NCBI GenBank assembly: GCA_965203295.1
Contig: CBDBCZ010000018.1
Location: 2,624,001 to 2,688,000, forward strand
Origin: Nitrospirales bacterium
GTDB lineage: Bacteria; Nitrospirota; Nitrospiria; Nitrospirales; UBA8639
DNA length: 64,000 bases
Reading direction: 5' to 3'
In this document: in pieces, positions 42,201-54,200 of the stretch
How the letters are laid out: the number at the start of each line of letters is the position of its first letter
How positions within the stretch are numbered: position 1 is the stretch's first letter
Made by a program: the position numbers and the translations under genes
The notes under the pieces: generated by a model
Databases searched by the model: none
Seen by the model: the letters and a program-made list of their open reading frames with translations, nothing else
Told to the model about the DNA's origin: nothing

Positions 42201-45200
42201 TAAAAAGTCGCCAAATTAATTCTCGCCAAATTAAATTCTCACGCATTATGTATTACGTTACACCCACGTGCGCATTCAGCTACAAGAAAGAAGTTGTTGT
42301 TCCCACTCCACGTACGTGTTTCCTCTCTGTCTGGGAAGGATATTGAACTCGCGAACAAAGCTGTAAAGCGCTCTCTATCTGGAGACTTGAAGCCTGTCAC
42401 AAGGTCACTGCGAGGCAAGTATAACACTTACACGCAAAAAAGGGCACAAATTTGAAAGTACGCCACTGACAGTGGCCGCTACACACTTCTCAAAGCTTCT
42501 GGATAGTAAGATCGGCGAATCCAACGTCTCCATTGTCGAGCTCAGTGACTTTACATGCTCAGCAGCGTTGCACGTTGTGCACCTAGTCACCAATATTTAA
42601 TCTTACCCGTTTTTGGCGATTTTGCCAAATTTAATTCTCGCCTAATTTTCCGGACTCTCATTGGTTTCATAAGGAAAGGACTCACCCAGTCACTCATCTG
42701 TAAGGGTATCGGATAAAATGACACTCTTTAATAGCCTCATTATATGGGAAAAGCTTGTTCATTGGATAGTATGTCCCCTTATATTAAGGGGAAAACATTG
42801 TGTACGCCTACACCTATTTTTCCCTTATGATAAGGGAAGAAACTGTGCCCCCCTGCACTATTTTTTCGCTTATAATAAGGGGAAAACATTGTGTACGCCT
42901 ACACCTTTTTTTCCCTTATGATAAGGGAAGAAACTATGCCCCCCTGCAGGAGGCCCCAGCAAAAAAAGTCCATGATGCACAGCCCCATTTTTGCAGACCC
43001 CCCAAAACAACCTACCAACTGCATCACAAAGTGTCATAATTACAAGAAATTACATCATAAATAATTAATTAACCATGCACTGACATCATAAAGTGGTTGA
43101 CTAATTTAACCCAACCCATACTTAGCACTTACTGATCGCCAAAGACTGGTGAGCTGCCACCGAATAAGCAATGGCATGAGATCAGTGTCACTATTGCTTG
43201 CAAACTATACACAAGCTGTGAATTATAATGGATATGAGGCATCCTCTATTGCTTGTACTACCAAAATCTAAACTCTTGTCTGCAAAAAAAATCCCCTAGT
43301 TTTTGGGACCTTTTTTTGCTGACCTGCCGAAACAACCAACCAACTTGGTGGGTGCGCGTCATACCTTTTTCAAGTATGGCCCCCCGCCCCCTGCACTATT
43401 TTTTTGCTTATAATAAGGGGAAAAACTGTGCCCCCGTACACTATTTTCCCCCTTTCAATTAGGGTAAAAACTAACTCTTTTGATGCCAACACTAAATTGC
43501 ATTCTTAAGTGCAATCTGGCATCCCAGGAAAGGTTGCACCTGGAATAGTTTCATGCGGTCCTTGGAAAATTTGCATTTGGTTAGTTGCTAGCTACAGTAC
43601 CAGTCAGACACTGTAGAGGTAACTATACCTTTTAATCAATTTGATAATGTACACCTGAGGCTACAACGCCATAGTTACGTTTACATTGCAGCATAGTTAT
43701 GGTGTAGTATATTGCATATGGTTTTCATGCTTACAAACATACCATATATATATGTATATGGTATATCAAGTGTGAAGATCTGCAAAATGTTTTCAAAACA
43801 AGTTCCGACATTTTATGTTTATAAAACCAGCCGGTCACCTTTCCCATACAACAACTGCAACTGTACAACTTACTAGTAACTATGCTACAATAGGTATCCT
43901 TGCAGCCATAGTTCACGTGAGATCATAAAACCTGGTCAATGTCAATGTGGCAGGAACAGGATGACCAGGTTTAATGATCTCATGTGAACTATGGCTGCAA
44001 AAAACTTAACAGCTATATTCTAGCTGAATGGGTTGAAGCCAACCCCATGTGGAGTCTCTACCACCAGGGCATCAGCTGAGCATGTGGCATCAGCTGATCA
44101 CATGCTGGGAACATGCTATGTGTTAACTGACATTTGGGCAAAGCTCAAATGAGAATTTTGCTGTAGCTTGGCCTGCAAACCTCCAAAAGCTGGTATATAC
44201 TGCAGTTGCATATCAGTGTTCTAGCTAAAGAGTGGAAGAATGGTGCTTCACCGCTCTTATGTATACCTTTTCTTTTGATGTGGTTGTTAGAATATAATTA
44301 AAGCCACAGCTATGCTTTGATGTCTGAGAAAGCACCGCTCTTTGCAATGTCTCTGGCTAGAACACTGCATAGTATCGTATGATGTAAAATATTGCGCAAA
44401 TGATAAGTGCAGACGCACAAACAAACAAATGCGGAAAACGTAAAGCAATCTTAAGACCAGCTGTCAGCACGCTGCGTGTGCTCCAGCTGGTAAAATACAT
44501 ATATTTAGAAAACTCAGATAATGCTAATGTAGTACATGTACGTATAGAATATCTAAAGGTGATTGCAGGATTTACACAACGATGATCCAAAACACAAAAA
44601 TGTAAAAATGAATGGTTCTTGTATTTTTACCAGCCAGAGCGCACGCAGCGCGCGAACGGCTAGTTTTAAGATTGCTTTACCTTTTCCGCGTTTGTTTGTC
44701 TCTCTGTCTGTGCGTCCGCACTTATCACTGTGCGCAATATATTACGTCATACGTTACTATGCAACTGCAGTGTATAGCAGCTTTTGGAGGTTTGCAGGCC
44801 AAGCTACAGCAAATGAAGGTAGTTTTGTGTTGCCTAGATGGCGAAAACGTGGTAGGTAGCCGTAAAGATCCTGATTTAATGGCATATAGCTACTAACTGT
44901 AGGCGCATGACGAAACTGCTGAGTCAGCACTTTCGTTGTACCGAATTCTACAGCTGTAGTTTAACAGCTTGGCCTAAGCTGAGTTGTGTGTATTGTACGG
45001 GAAAGGCGTCTGGCTGTTTTTTTTAGACATGAAATGTCAGACTTGTGATTGAGTGCTGTTTCTGTAACTTTATAGCTAGTTTCAGGGAGTATGTGGGTAG
45101 ATATATCAGTCAGGGAGTGTGCAAATACATGTAGATATAATGGATATAGGAGAATTGGATCACTTTCTGGTATGGATGGAATTGGGCAGACTGTAATTAA

Positions 45201-48200
45201 AACCACTAAACAACAGAAGGGAATGGCACATTGAATGGTTTCAGGATAAGGAAATGAGACAGAAGTATCAGGAAGCCTTAGTGTATCAAAAGAAGAAATA
45301 CACCAATGAAAAACCCAGGAATTGAGGGGATCAGAATTAGTGAAGGCAGTGGTTCAGGATTGGTAAGCTACAGTAAAGCATCAAAATAAATTGGGGAGAA
45401 AGTGATAGTGTGTGGCAAGGTGGCGAGGTGGTAGGATGGTAAGATTAAAAGTTAAAGAGACAGGGTTTATATGGGGATTAGAAGTGGCAGGGAAGATAGA
45501 TGGGGATAGTATTACAATTAACTTACGTTCAGACATCAATGTCGGAATTGGTACTATGAAGAGTTTGATGAAAGCTGGAAAGAGCATGTAGAGAAGAAAG
45601 TGATGGGAATATAGTAAAATGTCTAGTTCACTGAAGGATAGGAGGGATTAGTTATTCAGAAATTAAAAAGCGTCCTAAAAGCCTGAAGAAAAAGGAAGTA
45701 ATGATGGCCTACTTGGGGAACATTTTAAGTATGGTGGCAAAGGAATGGCTGATCAGTTGAAAGTCTTATATGAAGTAGTTTGGACAGAGGAGAGTAACGA
45801 TGGAGACAAGGGTTAATTGTTAGCTTGTATAAGAATGATGATGCCATGCAATGGAATCATACAAGGTAGAATGGGGGAAGGAAGCACAGCATATGTATTC
45901 TTCTTGGATGTTCAAAAGACACAGTTTGGCATCATGGCTTATGGTTTAAGCTATTTGAACCTGAGGTTAGGGGTAGGATGTGGAGAGTTATTAAAAATAT
46001 GTATGACATCACACAGAGTGCTGTTTTACTGGAAAGAGAAATAATCTACGTACCATTCAGTATAGGTGGAGGAGTGGCACAGGGTTATAGTATGTTGCCT
46101 ATTCTCTTTTATCAATCAGTTGTTAGATGAGGTTAGCAGGCTGGGATTGGCATAACTATTAAGTAGGATGTTAGGGTTGGGGTTTCAATGTTTGCTGACG
46201 ATTTTGTAGGTTTAACTACTAATGCTGAGGACTTGTTAACATTGATTAATGTTACAGGAGTTTTGTAATCTAACATAAAATAGAGGGCTATTATAAAGAG
46301 GTTGTATATAGGTACATGTACATGGAAGTGGGGAGGTAAAGACATTCCAAGGGTTGCAAGTTACTGCTACTTGGTGCATAGAATTTGCTAATAATGGTTC
46401 ATGGGATAGTCACATACAGAATAATAAAAGTAATAAATTAAAAGGTAGTAGAAATATCAATACAGCTGCAAGAAGGATAATTATTGTTAGTTTCAGTACT
46501 TCACCTACTATAGAATATGGTAGTGAAGTGTTGGCTTGTAGTACATAGCAGACAACTTCCTTGGAATCTGTTCAGCTAGGAGCAGCTAAATGATACTTGA
46601 CTGCTCTTCCAAAACGTGCAACGAAGTAGTAAGAGGGGTTATGGGGTCAGAATTTTTGAAAGCAAGAGAAATAGATGCAAACTTAAGTGGTGGTATTAAG
46701 TCAATAATTTTGATGATGACAGATATCCTAGACTACTACTAGACAGTGTGCGGGAAGTGAAGCTGCATAGGGGTAACCAGACGAAGACCCTGAGGAAAAC
46801 CATTAGGGAATTAATCTAGACCTTTCTTCTAGATCTAGATCTTTCCTTACAAAAAGTCAAACTCAGTCTAACTTATAATTTGCAGTCTAATTTGTAATAG
46901 GCAAATTCCACTCGCTTCACTCATGCAGTTATTCCCACATCACACTTGAATCCGTGCGATTACCATCCATTGTGTTTGTTGTTGTTTCTACTCTCCTCTG
47001 AGTTGGCTCAAGCAGGATCTGCATTGTTTTGCAGTTCTTTGTAATCTCCTCTGAGTTGCTGCCTCCACGTGGCTCAGGCCTGGAATTGTTACTACTAGAC
47101 CGTGAGTGGGAATTGAAGCCGTGTAGGGGTAGACAGAGGAAGACCCTCATTAGTGAATTGTTGCTACAGTTAAATCTAGCCAGTCAGGGTATATTAGCTG
47201 AAGATTACAATGTACATGCGTTCTTAGAGAGAGTAGATGGAAGTGTTTGAGTTATAGAGAATATTATGTTGACTTTTATGATGGCTTAAATAGTGAAGTT
47301 AGACTCAGTTTGTCTTTTTTGTAAGGAAATAGAAATTCAAGAATTACTTGCAGTTTAGGTCGGGTACTAATGGTCGGAATGAAGAGTTACATATGGGTAA
47401 AAATGACGATAGGCAGAGTAAAGTATGTAGATAAGAATGTGAGAGTGTAGTACATGTGCTCTGGGAGTGTCCTGTGTATGCTACCATAAAACCATGGGAG
47501 AATTAGACATTCTGTTGGGGGGGGGAGTTTTGAGTACACTTACTAATTTTAAAAGAACAGGCTAGGCTTAATCACATACTAGATTAGTAACAGTACATAT
47601 ATACCCCTGTAGACAAGAGTGCAATTATTTCCATAATTGTACACTTTTGTAATCACACACTTTTAGGCTGTAGCTATAGAAACTATGATCATCAATACTT
47701 TAACGTTAGTTTGTCCGTCTGTCTGTCCATGTGTCACGCTGATGTAATATCAGATGTGACGTCACGATCACGATTGTGCGAGAACACACGAGAAGACTGT
47801 GACATCATTAAATGAGTACTTTAGTACTTTGACTGCTGGAAGTGGAACGTCAACCTGAATGGCTCAAGCGCACTTTATTATGAAGTACCAGTGAGTGGCT
47901 GCTATGTATGTAGTCTTGTAAGTGAAGAACATGCAGAGCTTAAGTGAAGAACATGCAAAGCTATAACTGCAGCGCTTGCTACATGTGCTAGATAAGTTTA
48001 ATAACCACGGTGATGTGCATTAAGTAGAGTCTGCCGTTTGCTTACATTATTATAGCTTTGAAGAGCTAGTAAGGCTGCAGTCCGAGCATGCCTATAGTGT
48101 TTGTACTAGAGTCTGCCGTTTGCTTACATAATTATGGCTGTGAAGAGCAGGCAAGGCTGCAGTCCGAGCATGCCTATAGTGTTTGTTGTTGTTTCTACTC

Positions 48201-51200
48201 TCCTCTGAGTTGGCTCAAGCAGGATCTGCATTGTTTTGCAGTTGTTTGTAGTCTCCTCTGAGTTGCTGCCTCCACGTGGCTCAGGCCAGGATTTCTCAGC
48301 AGCTCTACAACCACTGGAAGAATTCATAGCCTTTCTATTTGTATAGAGAGAGCGAAGCAAGCGCAACTACTTGTATATGATTAACATGGAATCACATGGA
48401 GTCTCATGCTATTTGGGAGAAATTGCATTTGTAATAGGCAAAATTCTACTCGCTTCACTCATGCAGTTATTCCCAAATCACATTTGAATCCATGTAATTA
48501 CCAACTGGTTGCTCTCTTGCTCTTCTCCTCTGACTGGAGATCTTACAAACTCCGCCTGCATATTATGTAGGTGTGTGGTCAATGGTGTATGCGCTACTGC
48601 AGCAATATTAGTATATTGCTAGACAAATGCATTGTGCCGAGCCTTCGCAAGGGGGTGGTGCTGTGTTGATGTCTGTTCAATGATAGACTGAGATGAATAT
48701 AAATAAACATGAGGAATGAAAGTGTACATGAATTTGGTGAATGCTCCAGAGTATTTTTCTGTGAGTATGCTCTATGGTCTCTGCTCTGAGTGATGAGGTC
48801 CATTGTCCTCTGGTATCAGAGCAGGAGCATTAGAGTATAGTTCCAGCAAGCACTACTGTAACAGTACACTACAGCTAGTACACTGTTAAGCACAATAGAT
48901 CTCTTCACATGCATGGAAGTCAAAAATAAAGGAACTCTTCCTTTGTTATAACTATGACATCAGTCATGGCAAGCTAGTGACAAAAGCTGGGACAGATTGA
49001 TGACAGACCATACTGCCCATGTCTGGTACATGTAGTTACTGATTAGCCTCGTACCCAAGCACATTAAATAGGGGAAAAGTGCGCCCACTGAAATCCACGT
49101 GGACTTGTGCACTGATTACGCGCATGCGCGAACAGTGGATACCAGGCGCACTTTTTCCCTATTATAGCGCCTGGGTAGGAGGCTAGCTACTGATATGCCA
49201 TTTAGCTAGCAAACTACACTGGTCTTCTAACAAAATTTACGTTTGCTGCCGGCAGTTCCTCTCCCATTCACTAATCTACCCTCTTTGTGCTGTTATTGAA
49301 AGTTGCTGCCATCTCATATGTGTCCAGTACATGGACTATGCATGTGCATGTGGTTAAAGAAATTTGTAGCAAGGCCACCAGTATAGTTTCGGCACAACGT
49401 ATGTACCATAATTATTTCTATACACAGGAAGATCTGCAGAGCTAACTCGCTAGTATGGGGTTCGCTCAGGCTCGCCCTAATTATCACACTTGCCTGCCAC
49501 GTTTTTCCACCAAAGCAACAGGAAACTGCACTCAGTTGCTCTAGCTTGGCCTACAATCTCTAAATGCCGCTAGTTACAGAGCGGCGAGGCCAATAATCAT
49601 TTGCAATGGGCTCAACATTTCTGCTAGCGTTTATATCTTAGTGTTAGTTCTGTCCGTGCGTGTGTGTGTGTGTAACAGACGTGATGTCTACTAATGAACC
49701 TCGATTGCGCAAGAATACGCAAGAAGACTGTGATGTCATCATATGATTACTTAGCTAATTAGTACTTTGACCGCTGCATGCATTGGGACAACAACGTGCT
49801 GCATGCATTGGGACACTCTGACAGCCAACGATATTAATATGATGGCCTCAAATGAGCACTTCGAACACACTCTATTGTGCAAAGGTTAATTAGTGCCTGT
49901 ATAGTCCTGTAAATGCGAACCGTGCACAGCTGTAACTGCTACGCTAGACAAACTACAACGATGTGAGTCAGTGCTGTTTGTCTACATGTACACATAGGCT
50001 GTGGCTATGAAGAGCTAGGCTTTGGTCTTAACGTTCCTGTTTTGTTTTGTAATTGTTTGCAGTCTCTGCTTGAGTTACTGCCCTACATGCTAGAGACTTC
50101 TAGTTTGACCTGTGTCAGTGCTAGTTAAGGTACATGTATTACAGTATGCTGTGGTTTACATTCCCGTGTATTTACTGTTTGTATAAAAAGTTTAGTCATC
50201 TGATTATGATGAGTGCTGAAGGTAGGAAAGTTTGGTGTCACGTGACTCCTTAAAGATAAACCCATACATGTGTTTAGGGTAGCTTTTTACTTTGGCCAGT
50301 CCAGGTTTTAATTTTGAGCTGTAAAAAAATGGGATTGGGGAAGGGGGGGAAGGGGCTGGTACAAATTCCTTTGGTATGAACAAGTTGGATAGATGTAGTC
50401 ACACTTCTGAGATGCAAGCTTGGTTTAGGAACAACATGGTTGTTTTCTTGGACTGCATCGCGGGAATTCACCTGTAAGAATTTGTCTGAATTCAGAACAC
50501 TGTACAAACACCTTTAATTTTGATTTAATATTTTTTACTACTTACATGACATTCAATTGAATCACATACTATGAATTAGTGCTACTCACGTGACCTTCGA
50601 CGAATCAGAAGTCTCAAACTCGATCACATGACCGCACGTTAAATCGCTTAATGCACACTTAAGTGTGCACTAAGTTGTTAATGCACACTTAAGTGTGCAT
50701 TAACAAAATTAGTGCACACTTTTCTAAATAACGCCCAACAGAACCATGGCTGTCTCAGGTCAGTGAGTGAACTAAATACTTTAGATACCAGTTGGCAGTG
50801 CATTACGTGATATAGTAGCGCGCTCGGACAATTAAGTAACGGTCTCGGGCGGATAATGCACTCGCCTTCGGCTCGTGCATTATCCGCCCTCGACCGTTAC
50901 TTAATTGTCCTCGCGCGCTACTATATCACGTAATGCACTGCCAACTGGTATCTAAATATTACTTAATGCGCACGTAAGTGTGCATTATCTGGATAGGGTG
51001 AACTGTTGCTGTCTCGAGCAAACACCAGTTTGCTGTGATTACGGGATTTAGTAAGTGGGCTTAGACGATTGTAGAGATGTTTGATGGTGGATAATGCATG
51101 AGCCGAAAGCAAGTGCATTATCCGCCCTCAATCATTACTATATCATCCTCGCACACTAACTAAACCCCAACTGCTGTAAGTAATATTAAAATACATGTTT

Positions 51201-54200
51201 GTAGTGATCACAGGATTTATTTCGTGCGTGAAGACAATGAAGTAACAGTCGAGGGCAGATAATGCGCTCTTCATCTCGTGCACTATCCGCCCTCAACCAT
51301 ACTTTATTGTCCAAGCGCACCAACTAAACCCTGTAATCACTGCAAACTAGTATTTAAAGTCTTTCACTGACCTAAGACAGCTACAGTTCTGTTGGGTGTT
51401 ATTTAGAAAGTATGCACTATCCAAATAATGCACATTAACGTATGCATCATCTGCTCGAGACCATTACTATATATTCTGAGCGCACCAACTAGTCCCGTAA
51501 TGTACTGCCAACTGGTGTTCAAAGTATATGTATTCAGTTCTCTCACTGACCTGAGACAGCCGTAGGTGTGCTGGGCGTCTTTTAGTAAGTGTACATTAAG
51601 CCATTTAATGCACATGATCTTGAGACTTCTAATTTGGTCATGTGAGTAAAACTAATTCAGGTGTCATTGTCATGTACATATATGCATGGGGGTATACAAC
51701 ATGTCGATCTTATTTAATGGACTTTCAAACTTCACATAATCTTTGTTCAGATCAACCCTACAAATGTCTTGAAATTTTGCTACACAAATTTCTTCACCAA
51801 CAACACCTGGCATGCTTATGACCACGGGATAAAGTGGATGAAGTTTACACTTCAAGTTGGACCAAGAATGTAAGAATAAAATGTTCTGAGCTGCTGTATA
51901 ATTACCCTGCGCGTATGCGGCAGGGTTAAGCAATTGGTTCTGTCTGTCTGTCAGTCTGACCAGTGCTATCTTTCGATTTGCAGGGATAAGCGATTGCTAA
52001 ACCCGACAGTAACCTTGAAATTCAAAACATAATGATGTGTGTGTGCCTGATAGTGACCAAAGCGGTTTCTAATTCTCTACATTTCCAGCTCTTTCTTATT
52101 CAAGATGGTAAGGTTCTATTACGGTCAAGAACTCGAATACGACAGAGGGCGGGCATACGCAGTCTCAGGACACGGGTTCATACTGAAGTATATGCAGAGA
52201 AACATCTGTGTCATTTATACGGCAATCGGTCATGCCCACAGCTTTAATGTGGAACAAGGGCGTGGGTACGAGCCTTTCACGCTTTGCAGAGCCAGCTCTG
52301 CGGCTGCTCCATCAGACCAGAGTCCAAAGGTCCCATTTGTAGCGTGGGGTATGTCTCTGCTAGAGACTTCTAGTTCTATAATGGGCTGTGTTTTTGTAGT
52401 ACATGTACTTGTATTGGAATGTAGGTTTGCCACTTGTAGATGACTGGCCAGCTATGGCAGCAACTGAGTTGATCTTGTCCATGCATATAGGCATGCTTGA
52501 TACTGCACTGCAACAGCTAACACACAATTTTCTGCCTCATTTGTTCCCGTATAAAGACATATCTTGCAATGTGTCCAAGATGCTGGAGCCCTATAAGCAG
52601 TGTAAGAGATTTTGTTATTCACTAGCAGTAACAGGTTACTTACATGTACATATGTGTGTGGGGTAGTACTGCATGCCTCTGCATATGGAGACGCTGGAGC
52701 TCATTCACGTAACTTGTTTGTTTGATTCCAGCCTCTGAAACACTGTATACACAAATGGTTCTACTGCCCAGCAAACCATCAGAAACCCAAAAAATCAATC
52801 ATTAACTAGGGTATATACAAGCAAGCACGCTATGCCTCACTTAACTTCATATGTGTAGGTATGACTATATACCGGTTTACTCAGACACGTGGATTATATG
52901 CGTTATAGGCCTTTTGCTGACTGGATGCACACCAGACGACTGTTTTTGCAAGTCAAACAGTCATGAGAACTGCACAACATGATCAACAACTGAACTGCTG
53001 GAGCTACAAAGGACAATCGGCATCCAGGTGAGTGGTCTCTTTGTCTACAACACTTTCCCAAGGATCATCCACAGCTGCCACGAGACAGCTGAAGGAGGTA
53101 CATACTTGAATCCCGCGTTCTTTATCAATCAATTATACTAGCTTTGTATCTCTTCTCACTGAGCAGCTACACAGAGTCACTAGGAGCTGTAGTAAGGCGT
53201 ACTTACTGGTGTAACAGACTTGTCCAGATTTCTACCTTTTTCTATGCCACGTGTTCGAAAACGGTATCCATACAATTGCCCGAGCAAGATGCCATTTTGT
53301 GAAGACATGGCTTGCCTCCTGCATGAGTCTGTACATATATACAGTATATGTTATGTATTAACTAGGCCTAACCACTACCCAAGTATAAAAATACTGTGGG
53401 TGAGTGCAAAGTACATTGGGTGAGCAGAGCTGCGGGTGTATATAAGTGCGGATTATATTATGATTTAGCCTGTCGCAAGAATAGTGGCGAATAATTATGC
53501 AAGTAGTCACAGCCTGGGCGTGGCGAGAATAATAATAATACACCCTTGTGCAAGTCAGTGTATTGCAAGTCAGTACTACTGTTGTGTGCATTCTCATCAG
53601 GAAAGATACACCATAAGTAGGCTACTAGCTATAGCTAACCATGGCATGTTCAGAAAACAAATTTTTTTGTGGTCTTGTTCCAGCAGGCTACTCAGAGTAG
53701 GGAGCAGCACATTCTGCTTGTATATTGACCAGCTATTATGCTAAGCCTGATCATTATATGGCCTATTGCATGCCTGCTTACGTGACTTACATAGCTATCA
53801 TGCTTGGTCCATTATGCTCAATGTTAAGCCCTGAAAACAATAACCAGCTAGTACAAGTAGTAGACTAAAGTGTTGATTACTAAAACATAAGGGAGGCTTC
53901 AATATCACGGAATGAGCTACATGTGCTATGTACCCAAATGCTGATTATGGTCGTCATGCAAGAATCAAAAAAATTAGCGAAAAAGGAGACAAGTGCAGCA
54001 TCGATCTTAAGAACATGCATTCTGTGAAGTCTAGGCGTGTACGAAGTCTTATAAACATAAACTGTTTTCAGGACGTATTTGCGCATTTCACATATAAATG
54101 AATGAAATACACATTCAGCTGCGCATGCACATGCAGTACGAATTTATTTTATGTAAAAATTATGCCAGCATATTGCCTGTTGCTTGACTCGTCCTATTAC

